Position numbers and translations under genes: made by a program. A DNA stretch of 63,470 bases, the filler included, from Perkinsus chesapeaki ATCC PRA-425 (Eukaryota > Protista > Perkinsozoa): assembly GCA_013115145.1 (NCBI GenBank). It is 9 parts of 9 records of this genome, joined end to end, with 100 filler letters (N's around TTAATTAATTAA, not from the genome) between each part and the next. Parts side by side here need not be neighbours in the genome. Positions count along the whole stretch, not along the records: positions 23,097 to 26,143 come from JAAPAO010001472.1; positions 26,244 to 28,665 come from JAAPAO010001609.1; positions 28,766 to 47,343 come from JAAPAO010000661.1; 6 more parts are not named here. The stretch is one strand, 5' to 3'. Position 1 is the stretch's first letter. Every line of letters begins with the position of its first letter. This document shows positions 23,931 to 36,699 of the stretch, one piece after another. The notes below the pieces were generated by a model. The model did no database searches. It saw nothing but the letters and a program-made list of their open reading frames with translations, and was not told the origin of the DNA.

Positions 23931-25474
23931 ATGCCCAAACGTAAGAACACTGCTTCGGAGGAGTCAAGAAGAAAGCGGCAAAGAGGAGACGGAAAGCCAA
24001 GGTTCTTAGAGGAGCCAGAGGTATACGTTAAAGATGGGCTGAGATTCGTCAAACCCTATAGGTAACAATTCCACAGAAGACGTTGCGCATGCAACGGTAG
24101 TCAGGTTCGAGTTTCGGTGTTATGTGAAGAAGCGATGGCTTGGAAGGACCCTGCTTGACATCTGTAACCTATTGCCGGAAAAAGTAGTCGAATGTGCTGA
24201 TTCTTCAGGCAAGGCCGAGTTTATGGCCCAGCCGCCAGAGTACTATGAGAATGCGATAAAAGAGGGAAAGATAACGATAGACTTTGGTAAACACCGAGTC
24301 TCGTGAAACCTTTCGGTGCGAAGCTCCAGCTTGTTCTACTGCGTAGGTAAGGTCGATCCAGATTACGTTCTGCAAGGCAATGATCTCCTCGTCCATGAGA
24401 CTGTGGTCCATGAGAATCCTGTACCTTTTGATGGTCAACTGAAAATAATAGGCGAAACCGATGACGTCGTCGCCGTGGATAAGCCTTCTGGAGTAAGCAG
24501 CATTTAGTGGACTTAGTACAGAGTAAACTTGTCAGATGCCAGTCCATCAAGGCGGCGGTCACCGAGTGAACTGCCTCGTAGAAATCCTCAAAAAACAGGA
24601 CCCTACGAGGTGTCTTTACGGTCTCGAGTGAAAGGCTATCAGTTTTCACCAGGTTCTCTTTCGCTGTTCACACTCTCCATCGATTGGATCGTCTTACTTC
24701 CGGAATCGTCATCCTCGGCAAGAATCCCGATGTGGCACGAGTTTTCAGTAAAGTTCCAAGCTCGTAGAGAAGCTGTAGATGCTCTGATTCAGGCGAAGCA
24801 TTCAAGAAGCATGACCAAGAAATACAGAAGTGTTATTTGGCAAGGGTGAAGGGGAATTTCAAAGGTAGCATTCGTCGACCGTGGAACGCTCGAAGGCCTG
24901 TTTCCCAGACTCCGAAGTCGTAGTGCAAGGCTACATGCGGTGCGTCGACTTCCGAGTCGGAAAGTTCATCTTGCTGAACTCCGACGAAGAGGCAGACCAG
25001 AGTAAAGAAAAACCAGCGGTTTCGACGTCATCTGAGAGTGCCGAGACAGAGGAGGGGAACAAAGAACACGTTGAAGACAAATGGAGTGAAACTCGTTTCG
25101 AAAAAGTGTGGTATGATGAAAAGAACGATGAAACGATTGTGAAGTGCTACCCGAAGACGGGCAGGACTCATCAGATCAGAGTACTCAATTTTCTAGAGAT
25201 TATAATCACCTAAGCTATTTCTCAGGTCCACTTGGAGTCCATCGGTCATCCAATCGCCAATGATAGCTGCTACGGCGGCGAGTACGAGCCTGAACACCCT
25301 TTTGCCTTCCCATTGGCCCCACATGCAAATGACGCCCCTCCAAAAGAAGGATCGGCATACTCTCATATAACCGGTATTTGGCTACATGCTTTGTCTTACA
25401 AGATGCCGAGGAAGAACCTTAACTTTACCAGTGACTGGCCGCAATGGGCTATCGAGCCGACCAAGCAGCAATGA
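23931..25474 (+). CDS. RluA-family RNA pseudouridine synthase, multi-exon
   Basis: [86 protein letters not shown]. Confidence 0.92.
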
Positions 25475-26143
25475 GCAGCTTAACGTTACTTCTTCTTGAT
25501 GGTTGCCTTTTGTTAGTACCGAGTACGGTCTCATGTTCTACATTCGTAAAATACTTTTACTATGGTTAAAGGTCTGAGCAACCAGGGAGTCGCGTTACGC
25601 GACTCATGCAAACACAAACAGGGAGTGAAATATAGACAGTATAGCGTACAGGGTAATGCTTACCGAGCATGGTAAGTTCAAATTGGTCGCCTCGCTGTGA
25701 ACCGTAGAACTCAATTGTGTTTCTGTCCTCTGATTTCGAGTCGTCATACTTCCATGAATTACAGCCCTCCCCAATGAAATAGAATATTTCGTTTTTTAAT
25801 GACTTCTCGTCTGCTATTGAGTGTACGGCCCAAAAGCTTTGTAGCATAGTACTAGATCGCACAGCGAGTAAGAATACGTAAATCGACCGACCGTTTCATG
25901 CCTGGTGCAAAGATACTGGCGCGCAAAATTTCTCGCGCGCGCAGAACTGCCTCGGTGAAATAGAATAGGGACATAGTATGTACCCAACCAGGGTGGGACC
26001 CACCAGAACTTGGAATGTAAAGAATAGGATACGAAAAGACCTGTGGGTTTGGTATCTCGATTGCACCGGTATTCCGATCTCTCAGCCGTTATCCAACCTC
26101 ACCGGTTCCACCGCGCGGTATTGCCTGCTCTGTTTCCAGCCTT

Positions 26144-26243
26144 NNNNNNNNNNNNNNNNNNNNNNNNNNNNNNNNNNNNNNNNNNNNTTAATTAATTAAN
26201 NNNNNNNNNNNNNNNNNNNNNNNNNNNNNNNNNNNNNNNNNNN
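26144..26243. other. Artificial contig-joining linker
   Basis: Same 100-bp linker. Confidence 0.97.
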
Positions 26244-26865
26244 TGGCTCAATGATGCCCAATGTTGGCATGCACTAAGCCTGATGAGTGTAGATCGTTAC
26301 ATCGATAGATCGCTGAGTTTGGGTGCAATGCGAAGCGCGGTTATATAATACAATTGTTGTACGCATCAACTGTTGAAGGCGAAGCAACGAGTGTTGGATG
26401 AGCAGTTAATTGTGTAGCAATGGTCAGGTATCTTAGTGTACATAAGAATAAATGCATCTGGTCAGTACGGGCAGAGGATGGGGACCTGAGTATGTTAGTG
26501 TGTCAAAGTTGAAGGTGTTTCATGCAAGGTCTTCGATGACTGATCAATAGTTGGCCCCCATGCATATGTTCGGACTGACAGTGTATAGTGTTTATTTTGA
26601 AAGTGTTTAGGAAAGCCGTGCGAGAAGGTCGAGTGATTGTCAGAGACAAGACACTTCGAGCCGGAGTTAAGAGGAAGGAGTGAGTTCAGAGGGAGGAGTG
26701 GTTGAGAGTAGTATGATATTGCATGATTAGTATGTATGACAGTACGCCAGTACGCTTGATGAACTACAAGCACAACGACAGGGCACAAGTCAGCAGTCCA
26801 CGGTAACCGAAGGATCATCCAGCCCTGCAACAATCATAGAACACCATGAAGATGACGTTCGTTCG

Positions 26866-27470
26866 GTCAACCCCGCTGTCAAAAACGCCAAAGGTTTACC
26901 TTCAATTCAGCCTCTCCCCTCACCTGGAGAGGTTTCTCTGCTCGACTCCGATGTCAGTCAACGCCAACATTTCATCATCAAGTCATCCTCTCCTCTCTTC
27001 TGGAGAGGCTTGTTTGCTCGACCCCGCTGTCAATAACGAGAAAGTTTCATCACTAATTCAGCCCTACCCGCCAGGAGAAACTCATCCGGTCAACCCCGCT
27101 GTCAACAACGTCAGAGGTCCCTTTCCATCCTTCTGGAAAGGCTTACCTGCACGACCCAGCTGTCAACAGCGTCAGAGGATCACCACCAACTCACCCTCTC
27201 TGTCCTTCGGGAGAGCCCTATCTAGTCAACCTCGCTGTCAACAACGCCGAAGACTCACCGCTACGTCATTATTTTCCCCCTCCTGGAGAGGCTTACCTCC
27301 ACAACCCGGCTGGCAACAACGCTGAAAGCTCACCACTACTCCATCCTCTTCCCCCCTCCTGGAGAGGCTCACCTGCACAACCCGGCTGTCAACAACGTCA
27401 GTGGATCACTACCAGCTCTCCATCCGTCGGGAGAGCCCTTTCTAGTCAACCCCGCTGTCAACAACGTCAG
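26866..27470 (+). repeat. About 9 degenerate 64-84-bp tandem units with core CAACCCCGCTGTCAACAACG (peptide GEAxxxNPAVNN)
   Basis: The core recurs at about 26866, 27019, 27088, 27151, 27224, 27300, 27377 and 27444, with a degenerate copy near 26950. The sequence between cores is also homologous. Confidence 0.85.
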
Positions 27471-27849
27471 AAGCACCGGGCCCATTAGTGATTCTTGTCG
27501 ACTCCCTCCACAGTCCGAAGTCAACACGGTTTGGCACGTTGATGATGAGTCTACCAAATCCCCTCACCAACAGCCTGACACCTTTCGGGTACTGCATGGC
27601 AGATGGTGCAGTAAGTGCAACCTACAACGCACATCCTTGAAGGACGCTGCGACCCTGGTTACGCTATCTCTGGTAACACCGGACATCAACGACAACTTGA
27701 AAATCCTGTTACTGTCGTGAATCGGAAGTTATCAGTAGACGCGTGCATAAACCAAGCTCGAACCTTCGAGTTTCCACCAAGTTGTGAACGACTAATACTC
27801 TCTTGGTTTTGTCATTCCAGCTCGTCTTGATACTACCACCGGTGTCGAC

Positions 27850-28585
27850 TCCAGCCTCCCCAAGATTTCTACACTGATACCTGCCTTTCCGGTATTCCGG
27901 GAGGACTACCGGACAGGTGAACTCCAAGACATCCAGGACCAGTCTGGTAAATACCTCAACGGTTTCCTCAAAGTTGGTCGCCAGGCTAAAGACTTAACCT
28001 ACCCCGAGATTTTGTGGAGTACCCTTGCATTGTGTCGCACCTTCTGGAGCCTTAGTGGTCGACGACATCTCCAAAGCCTACTACCAAATCATGCTAGACA
28101 ACTAAGCTGATCGTGACCATTTTGGAATGGTAGCATGCGGCCGAGTTGGTATGTAGGTATCTACAGTCTTTGGGGCCACGTATTCACCATCAGCCCTGTT
28201 ACAAGCCAACAGAGCAGTTCCTACCCTACGAGATTTCGAGACCGGCCACATCAGTCATGCCGAAGCGTGTGCCGATCCAGTATGCAGCAGTCTCGTCTCT
28301 CAGTTCGAGAGGAACATGAAGCTATGGGTATGTCCAAGAACTGAACCACTTTCTCGCGCCGAGGCCAACACGTCGTCCACCAACCATCATGTTTCCCTTC
28401 GTCAACATACTGCCATCTACGTAGATGACGGCCAGACTCGTGGGACGACCAAGGAAGAGGCGCTTGACAGAGCGAACTCCTTCACTGGTGCACAATCCGG
28501 TCATGGTTTTCAGTCCAACCTAGCTAAGCTGTTATCCTCTAACTTGTTATCAACTCGATCAGTCATCTTATTAATAAAATATTAG
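27850..28585 (+). mobile_element. Degenerate LTR-retrotransposon reverse transcriptase (Bel/Pao-like)
   Basis: LVVDDISKAYYQIML..DRD (~28055) and AIYVDDG (~28418), with stops and frameshifts. Confidence 0.75.
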
Positions 28586-28665
28586 CACTTTTAGGTTTTT
28601 GCTATGCACCACAGTACCATTAGAAAGTTTAACCATATTAGGTGCGACCAATTCCATAATAGTAT

Positions 28666-28765
28666 NNNNNNNNNNNNNNNNNNNNNNNNNNNNNNNNNNN
28701 NNNNNNNNNTTAATTAATTAANNNNNNNNNNNNNNNNNNNNNNNNNNNNNNNNNNNNNNNNNNNN
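28666..28765. other. Artificial contig-joining linker
   Basis: Same 100-bp linker. Confidence 0.97.
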
Positions 28766-28934
28766 TCTTGGTTTTTACTAATCTGTTCTGGGCTATATTA
28801 ATTTGATCTTGGCTTTTACTAATTAGATCTTGAAATGGTGTAGTAAAGGGAATTTGACAAAGTAGACAGGGGTTGTGTTGGTTGGAAAAGTGCAGGGTTC
28901 CCAAGTTGGGAATCCCAACTGTCGGTTCTTGCAG

Positions 28935-29987
28935 GTATTTTCCGACCAAGCGCTGAAGTTCGTCGAGAATGATAATGTACAGTTGAAAATTGCAATAATT
29001 GAAATTGGCAGTTTAATATCTTCAGGTTGTCTTCTTCAAATTCGATGGCATTGCTGGTGGACAGTTCAAGAAAGGTGCTGATAATTACGCCGCTGAAGTG
29101 GACTCTCTTCTGAGATTGGTAAGATGATAATGAATAATGCAGATATCGCTTGGGTATTTATACACGTTTACCAAGTTTCATGCACAACCCGACTAACGAC
29201 ATTGGGAAGAGCGCTGGTCGTACTTAGGCATCAGCTCCGCGTGTTATCTATAGATTTCGCACACACTCATCATTTGATGAATTGTATTCTTTGTATATTT
29301 GTAGATATACTAGAAATGCGTGGTGGAGAGGATAAGCATGTATCCGAACCTGGAGGAACCATCTCTAATGGTTTTATAGGAATATATCTCATTGTATAGC
29401 ACTTGCACTAGAATCTAGTATCTTTAATATCTGATATTAATATTAAATACTATTACTAATAATAAATAAAATGCATATACATAATAGTAAAACATAACTG
29501 ATATCATTCCTTAATGTTATTACTCCTAATAGAGCAGCAGATGGCCTTCGGGAAGCCCGGAGTTTGGCGGCCACGAATTCGAGTCTTCGGTTTACCTTAT
29601 AGATGCACCATTTTAGCAGAGTCGTATGATATCAATAGGATCACTCTTCTTTAAAACATAATTGGCTCCTTCCTCACTAACACTCAATGACTATCCTTTA
29701 TTTGAGGATTTTAAATAAATACTAACAATACTAATAATTCTCCTTCTGTTCATGTAATAGATTCTCGATATCCGGAAGCGCGGTAAAGGTAACATCACCT
29801 GGATCAACCTTACAATAGGAACGTGGCCAAGTCCATATTGGCTCATCTACGGAGACAGTAGGTGTCTTCGGAAATTGGCTGGAAGGGTTCATTGGTCCTA
29901 TTAGGTATTTGGAAAGATGGCTATGATGTCGGACTGGCGGGTTGGGGCAATCGACGAGATATGCATATTACTGAGCGAGACGCTTCA
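28935..29987 (+). CDS. Fragment of a bacterial-type putative glycoside hydrolase (alpha-galactosidase / clan GH-D-like), four visible exons
   Basis: In-frame splicing gives VFSDQALKFVENDN-VVFFKFDGIAGGQFKKGADNYAAEVDSLLRL-ILDIRKRGKGNITWINLTIGTWPSPYWLIYGDS-IWKDGYDVGLAGWGNRRDMHITERDAS. I recognise the KFDG / INLT.GTWPSP.WL / RDA pattern from bacterial proteins (from memory, not searched). Confidence 0.6.
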
Positions 29988-30229
29988 GTGAGTGGAGGCA
30001 TTATTATTCACACTTAAATAGGTGGCACTGCTTTGGTTCTCGTCCTCTACAACATATTCCCAGTCAAAGTTAAATTTCTGCACGAATGTTAGAGCCCGAG
30101 GGTTTTACGCCTGAAAATTCACTTCGAAAGAGCTCAAAGTTGAACTCTACAGCTGCTGCGGTATGCTTCTATTAACGAGAACTCAGAGTTGCATCATTGG
30201 AAGTTTAGTGGTTATCATTTTTCCTACTC

Positions 30230-31076
30230 GCGGCCAAGCCTGGTGATGTTCGCAAGCCCAGATTAGTAGCCGACTTCTCACCATGTAACTCACAGTTGCC
30301 GGTATTGCAGTCGAAGACGTCATGTTGGCTAAGCCAACTTGGCTTTGAGATGTGTGAGTCCTGCGTTCATCGTTGGTTATCTGCCTTCTATCGTATAAGA
30401 CTAGATGTGCAACGCCTGCTCTATATGCACTCCGGTACGACTGACTCCAACGAGCCCGACTTCGTGTCGACAAGATTGAGCTTAAGTTATGACCTATGCA
30501 GGATCTATGACCATGTCACTTTGCTTATGAATACCTCTCCTATCTGTGAACATGTTCTTGACCACCAATCGGGAAGCTCAACGTCTACCTTCATAACTGT
30601 TGATGCTCTAGCCTTTCAAAGGCTAGAGCATCAAAATTGGTTATAACCAAATTGGTTATACCCGCTCTACTGGTTTATTGGTGAAGTCGGTAGATGGGAA
30701 CCCGATACCTGACTTACATGCTGCGAGACCTGTTGCTATCGAGAATATCCGCAAAGCCTTCTTAGCTCATCATTGGCAAGCGCTACGTGATCGTTCAGTT
30801 CAACAGTTGGGTCATCAACCGTCTAGGCACACCCAACCTTTGGCTCCTGATTCTGCTGTTCTTATTCGTTATAGACCACGTAACAAGTGCGATGTTGGGG
30901 TTCATCTTGGCCACATTGTAACTGCGGATGTCTCTCCAGATGGATTTTGTCGTCGTTATCGTGTAAGGTCCACATCTGGCAATGAATCGACCGAGAATAA
31001 TTGCAATATTTTCCCTCTTTTGTCTCATGCTTCAGAAGACTGTGTCCTCACAAGGGGAGCGTGTTGTAGGAAGTAG
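30230..31076 (+). mobile_element. Degenerate Bel/Pao-like pol 3' region
   Basis: KPRLVADFSPCNSQL (RT-like) and IRKAFLAHHWQALRDR..VLIRYRPRNK..GHIV...PDGFCRRYRVRSTSG...NIFPL (DUF5641-like end), followed by a polypurine tract. Confidence 0.65.
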
Positions 31077-31326
31077 TTCTCTAGTTGCTGTGAGGCCTTT
31101 CTGGTGTCTTCTGGTATTGTTGGCTAATTGTTATTGTGCTGCCTCGCGCATGGCGCGAGATGTGTGCGCGTGTATGTGTACGCGCATACATGTAGAACCC
31201 TCAGTTCAATTGCCCCAATGAACGTGCAATTATGCCTTAGAGTAGTTACAATGATAATTGTTATTTAAGACCTTCCCCCTGCTCTAAGTCATTGATCCAA
31301 CGGCTGCCCTTGCGTTATATACAACA
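31062..31326 (+). mobile_element. LTR (265 bp)
   Basis: Ends TGTTGTA...TACAACA form a perfect 7-bp inverted pair. Preceded by the purine tract AAGGGGAGCG and followed directly by TGG (PBS-like). Confidence 0.75.
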
Positions 31327-32356
31327 TGGTTGGGAACAGAACCGATGATCAGACGCCCGAATCCTCGAATAATATCTCAGACTTCGTAGCTGAAGCTCGA
31401 TGGGCGCCTTCATCCACTCTGTACGATATTAGTCTCTTTAGGTTTACCAGAATGTAGTGCAGCGAAGCATGCTGATGCCGATTGCTAACCTGATGTTGCA
31501 TGGCATACTTCAAAGCCGCGCCAATGAAGCTGGATATGTACGTCTGCTGGTAGGAGAAGGCTTCATTGATGCTGTTTTAGTTGCTAAAAGAGAGCATCTC
31601 CGATTTGAAGTCGTTCAAGACTGAAGTCTTCACCTACTTCCTCAGCGGTGTTGGGCTCCAGGAGCTGTAAGCAGGGATTCATTCAGCCTTACTGAGATGG
31701 TTCTTTCGAGACGGAGATGTGATCGAATATCTTTTACAGAGTTCGTGTTCTTAAGAAAGAGGAAACATCCAGGCCATTTTTTAGGAGCAATGAATTCCTC
31801 TCAATGCGGCATCTGAGCGTCTCCGAGCGCTGCCGGTTTACCGATTGGGAAGGTGCGGCTCATTAGTATCGAGTCCTCATTCGTTTTTAGAAATGTACTC
31901 GAGTCGTAAAATATTAAGTAGTTACTTGGTTGTGAAGTTTACGAGTGATGTAGACGAAGAAAGTATCGATGAAGGTACATCCAACCGGAGGAGCTTACAG
32001 ATGAGCATTGGAGAGTTGTTGCCGAAGGTGCTCAATTTCATAGAAGTTTCCAGTCTGTATTGCGGCAAGTTCAATGGATCGGCGGAGATCCAGAACAAGG
32101 ACAACTGTAAGATATCTTGCGCAGCAGCCTTCGTGTGAATTGTGCCATTCCACGGTCAATGCCTTCAAACCACAAGTTGCTTGTTATAATATTGCCGCAG
32201 ACTTGCAACTTTTTATGGGGCGCGAGCTCTAGATTTCAAGCCGATTGGATTATGCTGACAGCAGCGTTTTCTTCCCGGCCTGGGCTGGCAGGTTGATCTT
32301 TCATTGCTGATCCAAATTATTGCGTCCTGCTTGATGATCCGTCGTGGACTGAAACC

Positions 32357-33061
32357 ATCTACTGAATTGGAACCGTTTCTAATCCAGCGGTGGAGGGACT
32401 TCAGATATTCGGACACTGGAAATGCGCTCAGGTACGGGTGGGCGGCATGCAATGACACAGCTGGAGTCTTTGGACTTCGCAATCCGACCACATTTCAGAG
32501 GAAAGCCAGAGTTACATTAAGTAGGATAGAAAAGCTGCACTATTCCTAGCGTATCATTCAGGCAGCATGTGGGGAGTTCTTGGCAACTCAACATGGCAGA
32601 TATCACCGCTCTTCGAGTCTCCCGCTTTTCCCATTGAATCCAGCGTTGTACTACTCGATCGTGAACTGAGTTTAACAGTTAGTCCTCTCGGCGTGCTGGC
32701 CTACCGTGCCAGCAGGATCTCAAGTTGACTTGTTTTTAGTATTGATGAGTGGTGTTTTGTGTTATCTCCGAGAGTTACCAATACAAGAATAATACCGCAT
32801 CGGTAACGATGTCATCCAAATACGGCTACGTGGTGTACGACCAACGAAACTTAGAAGGAAATGGTCGTTGACGTGGTGTACGACCAACGAAACTAAGAAG
32901 GAAATGGTCGTTGATATACACTCTTTATGACGACTCAACCTCATAAAAGGATCACTGTCACTTACCAACAGTCACACTCGCCGGATAGCAAACAACAATT
33001 TCTAAGTAGGCATCGAGTCTGAACCCGAAGACGCTATTGATGCCACCTTCGAGTCATGGAC
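32357..33061 (+). repeat. ~690-bp segment duplicated at 46566-47241
   Basis: Near-identical direct copies. This copy has an extra 42-bp tandem unit; the other has a 14-bp insertion. Confidence 0.92.
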
Positions 33062-33508
33062 TGTTTTGGTGATTTGTACTATACCATCGTTTTTCCTTCT
33101 TAGACAAGGAAATTCCTGTCTAAGCTCTGTTTCAGTGTATCTAATCATCACTCCTCGTGGTTCCTGCTGGCTGAACCTCCATGTGAGTTGTTCTTCCCTA
33201 TCGGCTCGGTGGTAACGAGTCGAATTGATTGAATCTTTCTAGTGCAACTTGCTGTATATCTTCAACACGTAAACTTCAGTTTTCCTCCTTCATTTGAGAA
33301 TACAACACTTGCATCGGTAGGCATATGAAACTTTCCTTAAGGACAATAAGGCGAAGTTTGCGTGTCCAGAGCTAATCTCTGCGAAATTGATACTGACTAT
33401 GTAGTAGACCGAAAGGCTGTTAGTCGTTACATGATAATGTAGATGGAGATGTCGTGCTACAGAATATTCGCCAGTCTCGCACACTGAGGTCGAGGATAGA
33501 CAACACTT

Positions 33509-34251
33509 CTACTGCGATACCGTCTTGTTGTACAAAATGATAGTTTCCGTGACGCTTCCGAAGTCGATAGCTTCCAGTTTCGCCAACATGTTCCAATTTA
33601 AACGATCAGTAGAATGAGTCTCCAGTGACAGCCGTACATTGGTCAACGATGTGTTAAAACGGCCTTCATCAGGACTAACGTAACCGTTAACTTGGATTGA
33701 GCTGTGAACAGAAACATTGTCCTCTTCGTAGCGAACACTGCATATTCCATTAGAAGTAGCGTTAACCAACCAGAATGGGTCACGCCCACCAGCCTGTGAT
33801 TGGGGCGTACTCCAACATAGGCGTCCATACCAAAGTCTATCTGTCTGCCGGACGCTGTCGCATATTCTCCGTCATTTTTTATAGTAGGTAGGATGAAATT
33901 AATGCTCACCTCTACGCCCTTCTTTGCCATAATCTGCTTGAAAAAAGTACGCCCTTGTCCTTCAACGCGAACTGTAGGAAAGCCTGTAGCATTGTCAGGA
34001 GGTCCGACCCCGCAGGCAAAGTCCAGGGAGCCTAAAAGGCTATCAGGGAAGGGGTATCCGAGATGGTAACCGCCAAGTAGAACTTCAGCGTCTCCTTTCA
34101 CGAAGAAGCAGTTTCCATTGTGAAACATTCCATCTTGCTGGGAGCAGTTATTAGGGCTGTCAACCAGATAGTTTGTAATAGGTTGAGCAAGAGAGATAAC
34201 CACACACCCGCACACCAACGCGAAGGTTCCGATAGTCGGGTAGATCATCAT
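33509..34251 (-). CDS. Secreted hypothetical protein with one frameshift near 33780 (pseudogene or assembly error)
   Basis: Signal peptide MIYPTIGTFALVCGCVVISLA. ORF 33643-34251 continues as GGRDPFWLVNATSNG...KTVSQ in the overlapping frame. Confidence 0.6.
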
Positions 34252-35989
34252 TTGGTATGAAACAGCTGAAGGGATGCCTATCGCTGACTGTGCAAGTAAG
34301 CGCCACTTTTGACTAATACAATCTAGAAGGGGGCAGATTTTTCATAGTAACAACCAATCGGATTGAAGAGAAAGCGAAACACGAAGCTTAGGTGACTCGG
34401 AAATGAGCTCTCTGGGGGAGCATGCGTGTAGCACGCCACTCATACAACAGATCGATATTCTGCAAGCTCGAAACGCTATGAGAGAGCACTAACTGCCTGA
34501 ATATTGAAGCATTGAAAGATGATATCACATTGCGTGGAGAATCGCCGAGCTTACCCCCAGGAGAAGGTTGAGCAATGCATATGGTCAGCGTCACGTTTCG
34601 CGTTGCGCGACGCCCCATCTTTTCGTCAGCTATATCCGCCACTGGCGGACCGCTTAATCTTACACATTTCTAACAAAACTATCCGACAGTATTCTGACAT
34701 GTATCCTTAGAGAAGAGATATAAAGCCCACGATCCATTTCCAACTATCGCTATTCGGCCGGCTTTTAGAATGTGAAGTAGTTCATAATGCGACGCCTACT
34801 CTAGTAAACTGCAATACGACCGGGCAGCTGCGTGGACCATATATGCCTTTAAGAAGGGGATATTTGGTTCTAAAAGGCCATATAACTTTAGACTGAGGAT
34901 ATCGTCCTCAGAATCATCAACGACAGATGACGTGGGACGTAAGATTGCGGCTACATTCCGCACAGGTGATACACTTCAGGTAAATCACTCTTTGCATCAT
35001 AGCTAAGCGAACACCGCGCATGATTCTTGCGTTGCTCTAGGCGTGCATCAAGTGGTGCTAGAAATTCATAGAGGAGGCCTGCGAGTGAACAATGGCCTAC
35101 CCTTCCTGTGAGAATTGGGAAAACCATTTCATGGGTCTTTCAAGTTACGAGCTCTGAACCTCGGCTACATAGGCGAAGTCCGCGCACGCAGAAGCCCCAT
35201 GATTCCCTCGCCCTCATTTCCACTGCCAACATCTCCCTACCTCCTACTTCATCGTCCCCGTAAAAAAATCGTGCTTCAAACTTTCCGAGCAGTAACCCCA
35301 GTACTGCGCCCTGTCTGCTCAAGCTTAGCGGCGCTAACCTAGTTGCACCAGGCTGGTACAACCATGCGCTAACTCACACAAGCTGGAACAAGCTGGATGG
35401 AGCAGCATGTATTCCGCAGTATTACGCCGAATTACTCCCCATCGAGCAAGTGTTACATGTTAACCAGAGCATCTACTCTGGTGGCAATGCTGTATAACCT
35501 CCATGAGCAGACTGAGGAGGTTAAAGCCTAGTAGTGCTGGTGGTCCTTCCGATGGAGTAGCAGCGCAAGTCCGGGTACTGATGCTAGTCTCAGTCGAAAT
35601 CGACCGGGTCGGAATTGACCCGGTGCCGGTGTTGTTCATAAAAGCGCTTCTTTTCCGAGGAGAGTGGGAGAAGATGAGACAAGTGGTGTCAGTCACCGGG
35701 TGACGCACCGCTTGCTCATCATGTGCCAGTGTGCTGCCAGTGTACATCACAATAGTCACAGGACTATGCAAGAGTGAATTCGGCATGACAGGCGACACTG
35801 ACACCTCCCCGAACCCGAATCAATAATACAAGCAGATGGCGCCTAAAGATGGCTCACTATCTGTGTCATTTCTTAAGCCATCCGCAGAAGTTTAAGCCAA
35901 CGACGTTGCAACTCAGCTTTGCAACACCCCGTTCATGAACAACGGGTGGATATTTCCTTGCGATTGTGTCACGTTTGGATAACCCCTCT

Positions 35990-36510
35990 AGGGCAATAGC
36001 CTATTGACTCGTACGAAGTTGCACTTCCAGTAGGACTCCTTCACGACCTAATCGTGTAAGCGTATGAACGTTTCTGGGGCTTCTGTGAAGACTCTCTGAG
36101 ATCCACATCAATGTCAGCATTAATAAAATTCCAACATAAGTGTAACACACGTAACAGAAAGCTCGATTTGGTGAGACTCAGCGTAACGGATATTCGGGTT
36201 TGACCAAGTTTGTTTGACCAGTATGAGAGCCTCATAATGAGACACTTTGTGATTTGCCTTACTGAATCAAGCCACGGTTCTCTAGAGTACTAAAGAGCTA
36301 TCACGCTTGCAGCAATTCGTTATCTAGCTGAGTCGATACCGCATGTCATATGCGGTATATGAACCAAATGGTCTTCAAGATAAGAGGGTTGTTGACGCGC
36401 TTCACCTCCATAAATGATACCATCATTATGATAGATCAGTTTTCTGAAGCGACGGGAGTCTGTAAAACACCCGGTCTTTCTTCTGCATCACAACAAGGCG
36501 ACACGACGAT
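35990..36510 (-). pseudogene. Inverted 3' fragment of the small secreted protein family plus its downstream flank
   Basis: The reverse complement reads RLVVMQKKDRVFYRLP and continues in homology with about 38100-38560. Confidence 0.8.
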
Positions 36511-36699
36511 TAGACTCTGCGGAAGAGCCCCACTGGAAGTGCAACTTCATATAAGCCGATTGTCCTGACTTACATTCACCTCGCTTTACCTTGGCTACAT
36601 TCGGATAGTAGACGACAAACTCATCCCGGTAGTACTGGAGTACAAAATCGTACTTTGTGGTAACTTGTGATGTCACAGTTGCACGCAAAATATCGTTAA

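Noticed and set aside
26866-27470. CRISPR array
   Set aside because: Spacers are mutually homologous, repeats are degenerate, there are no cas genes, and the context is a eukaryotic retroelement.
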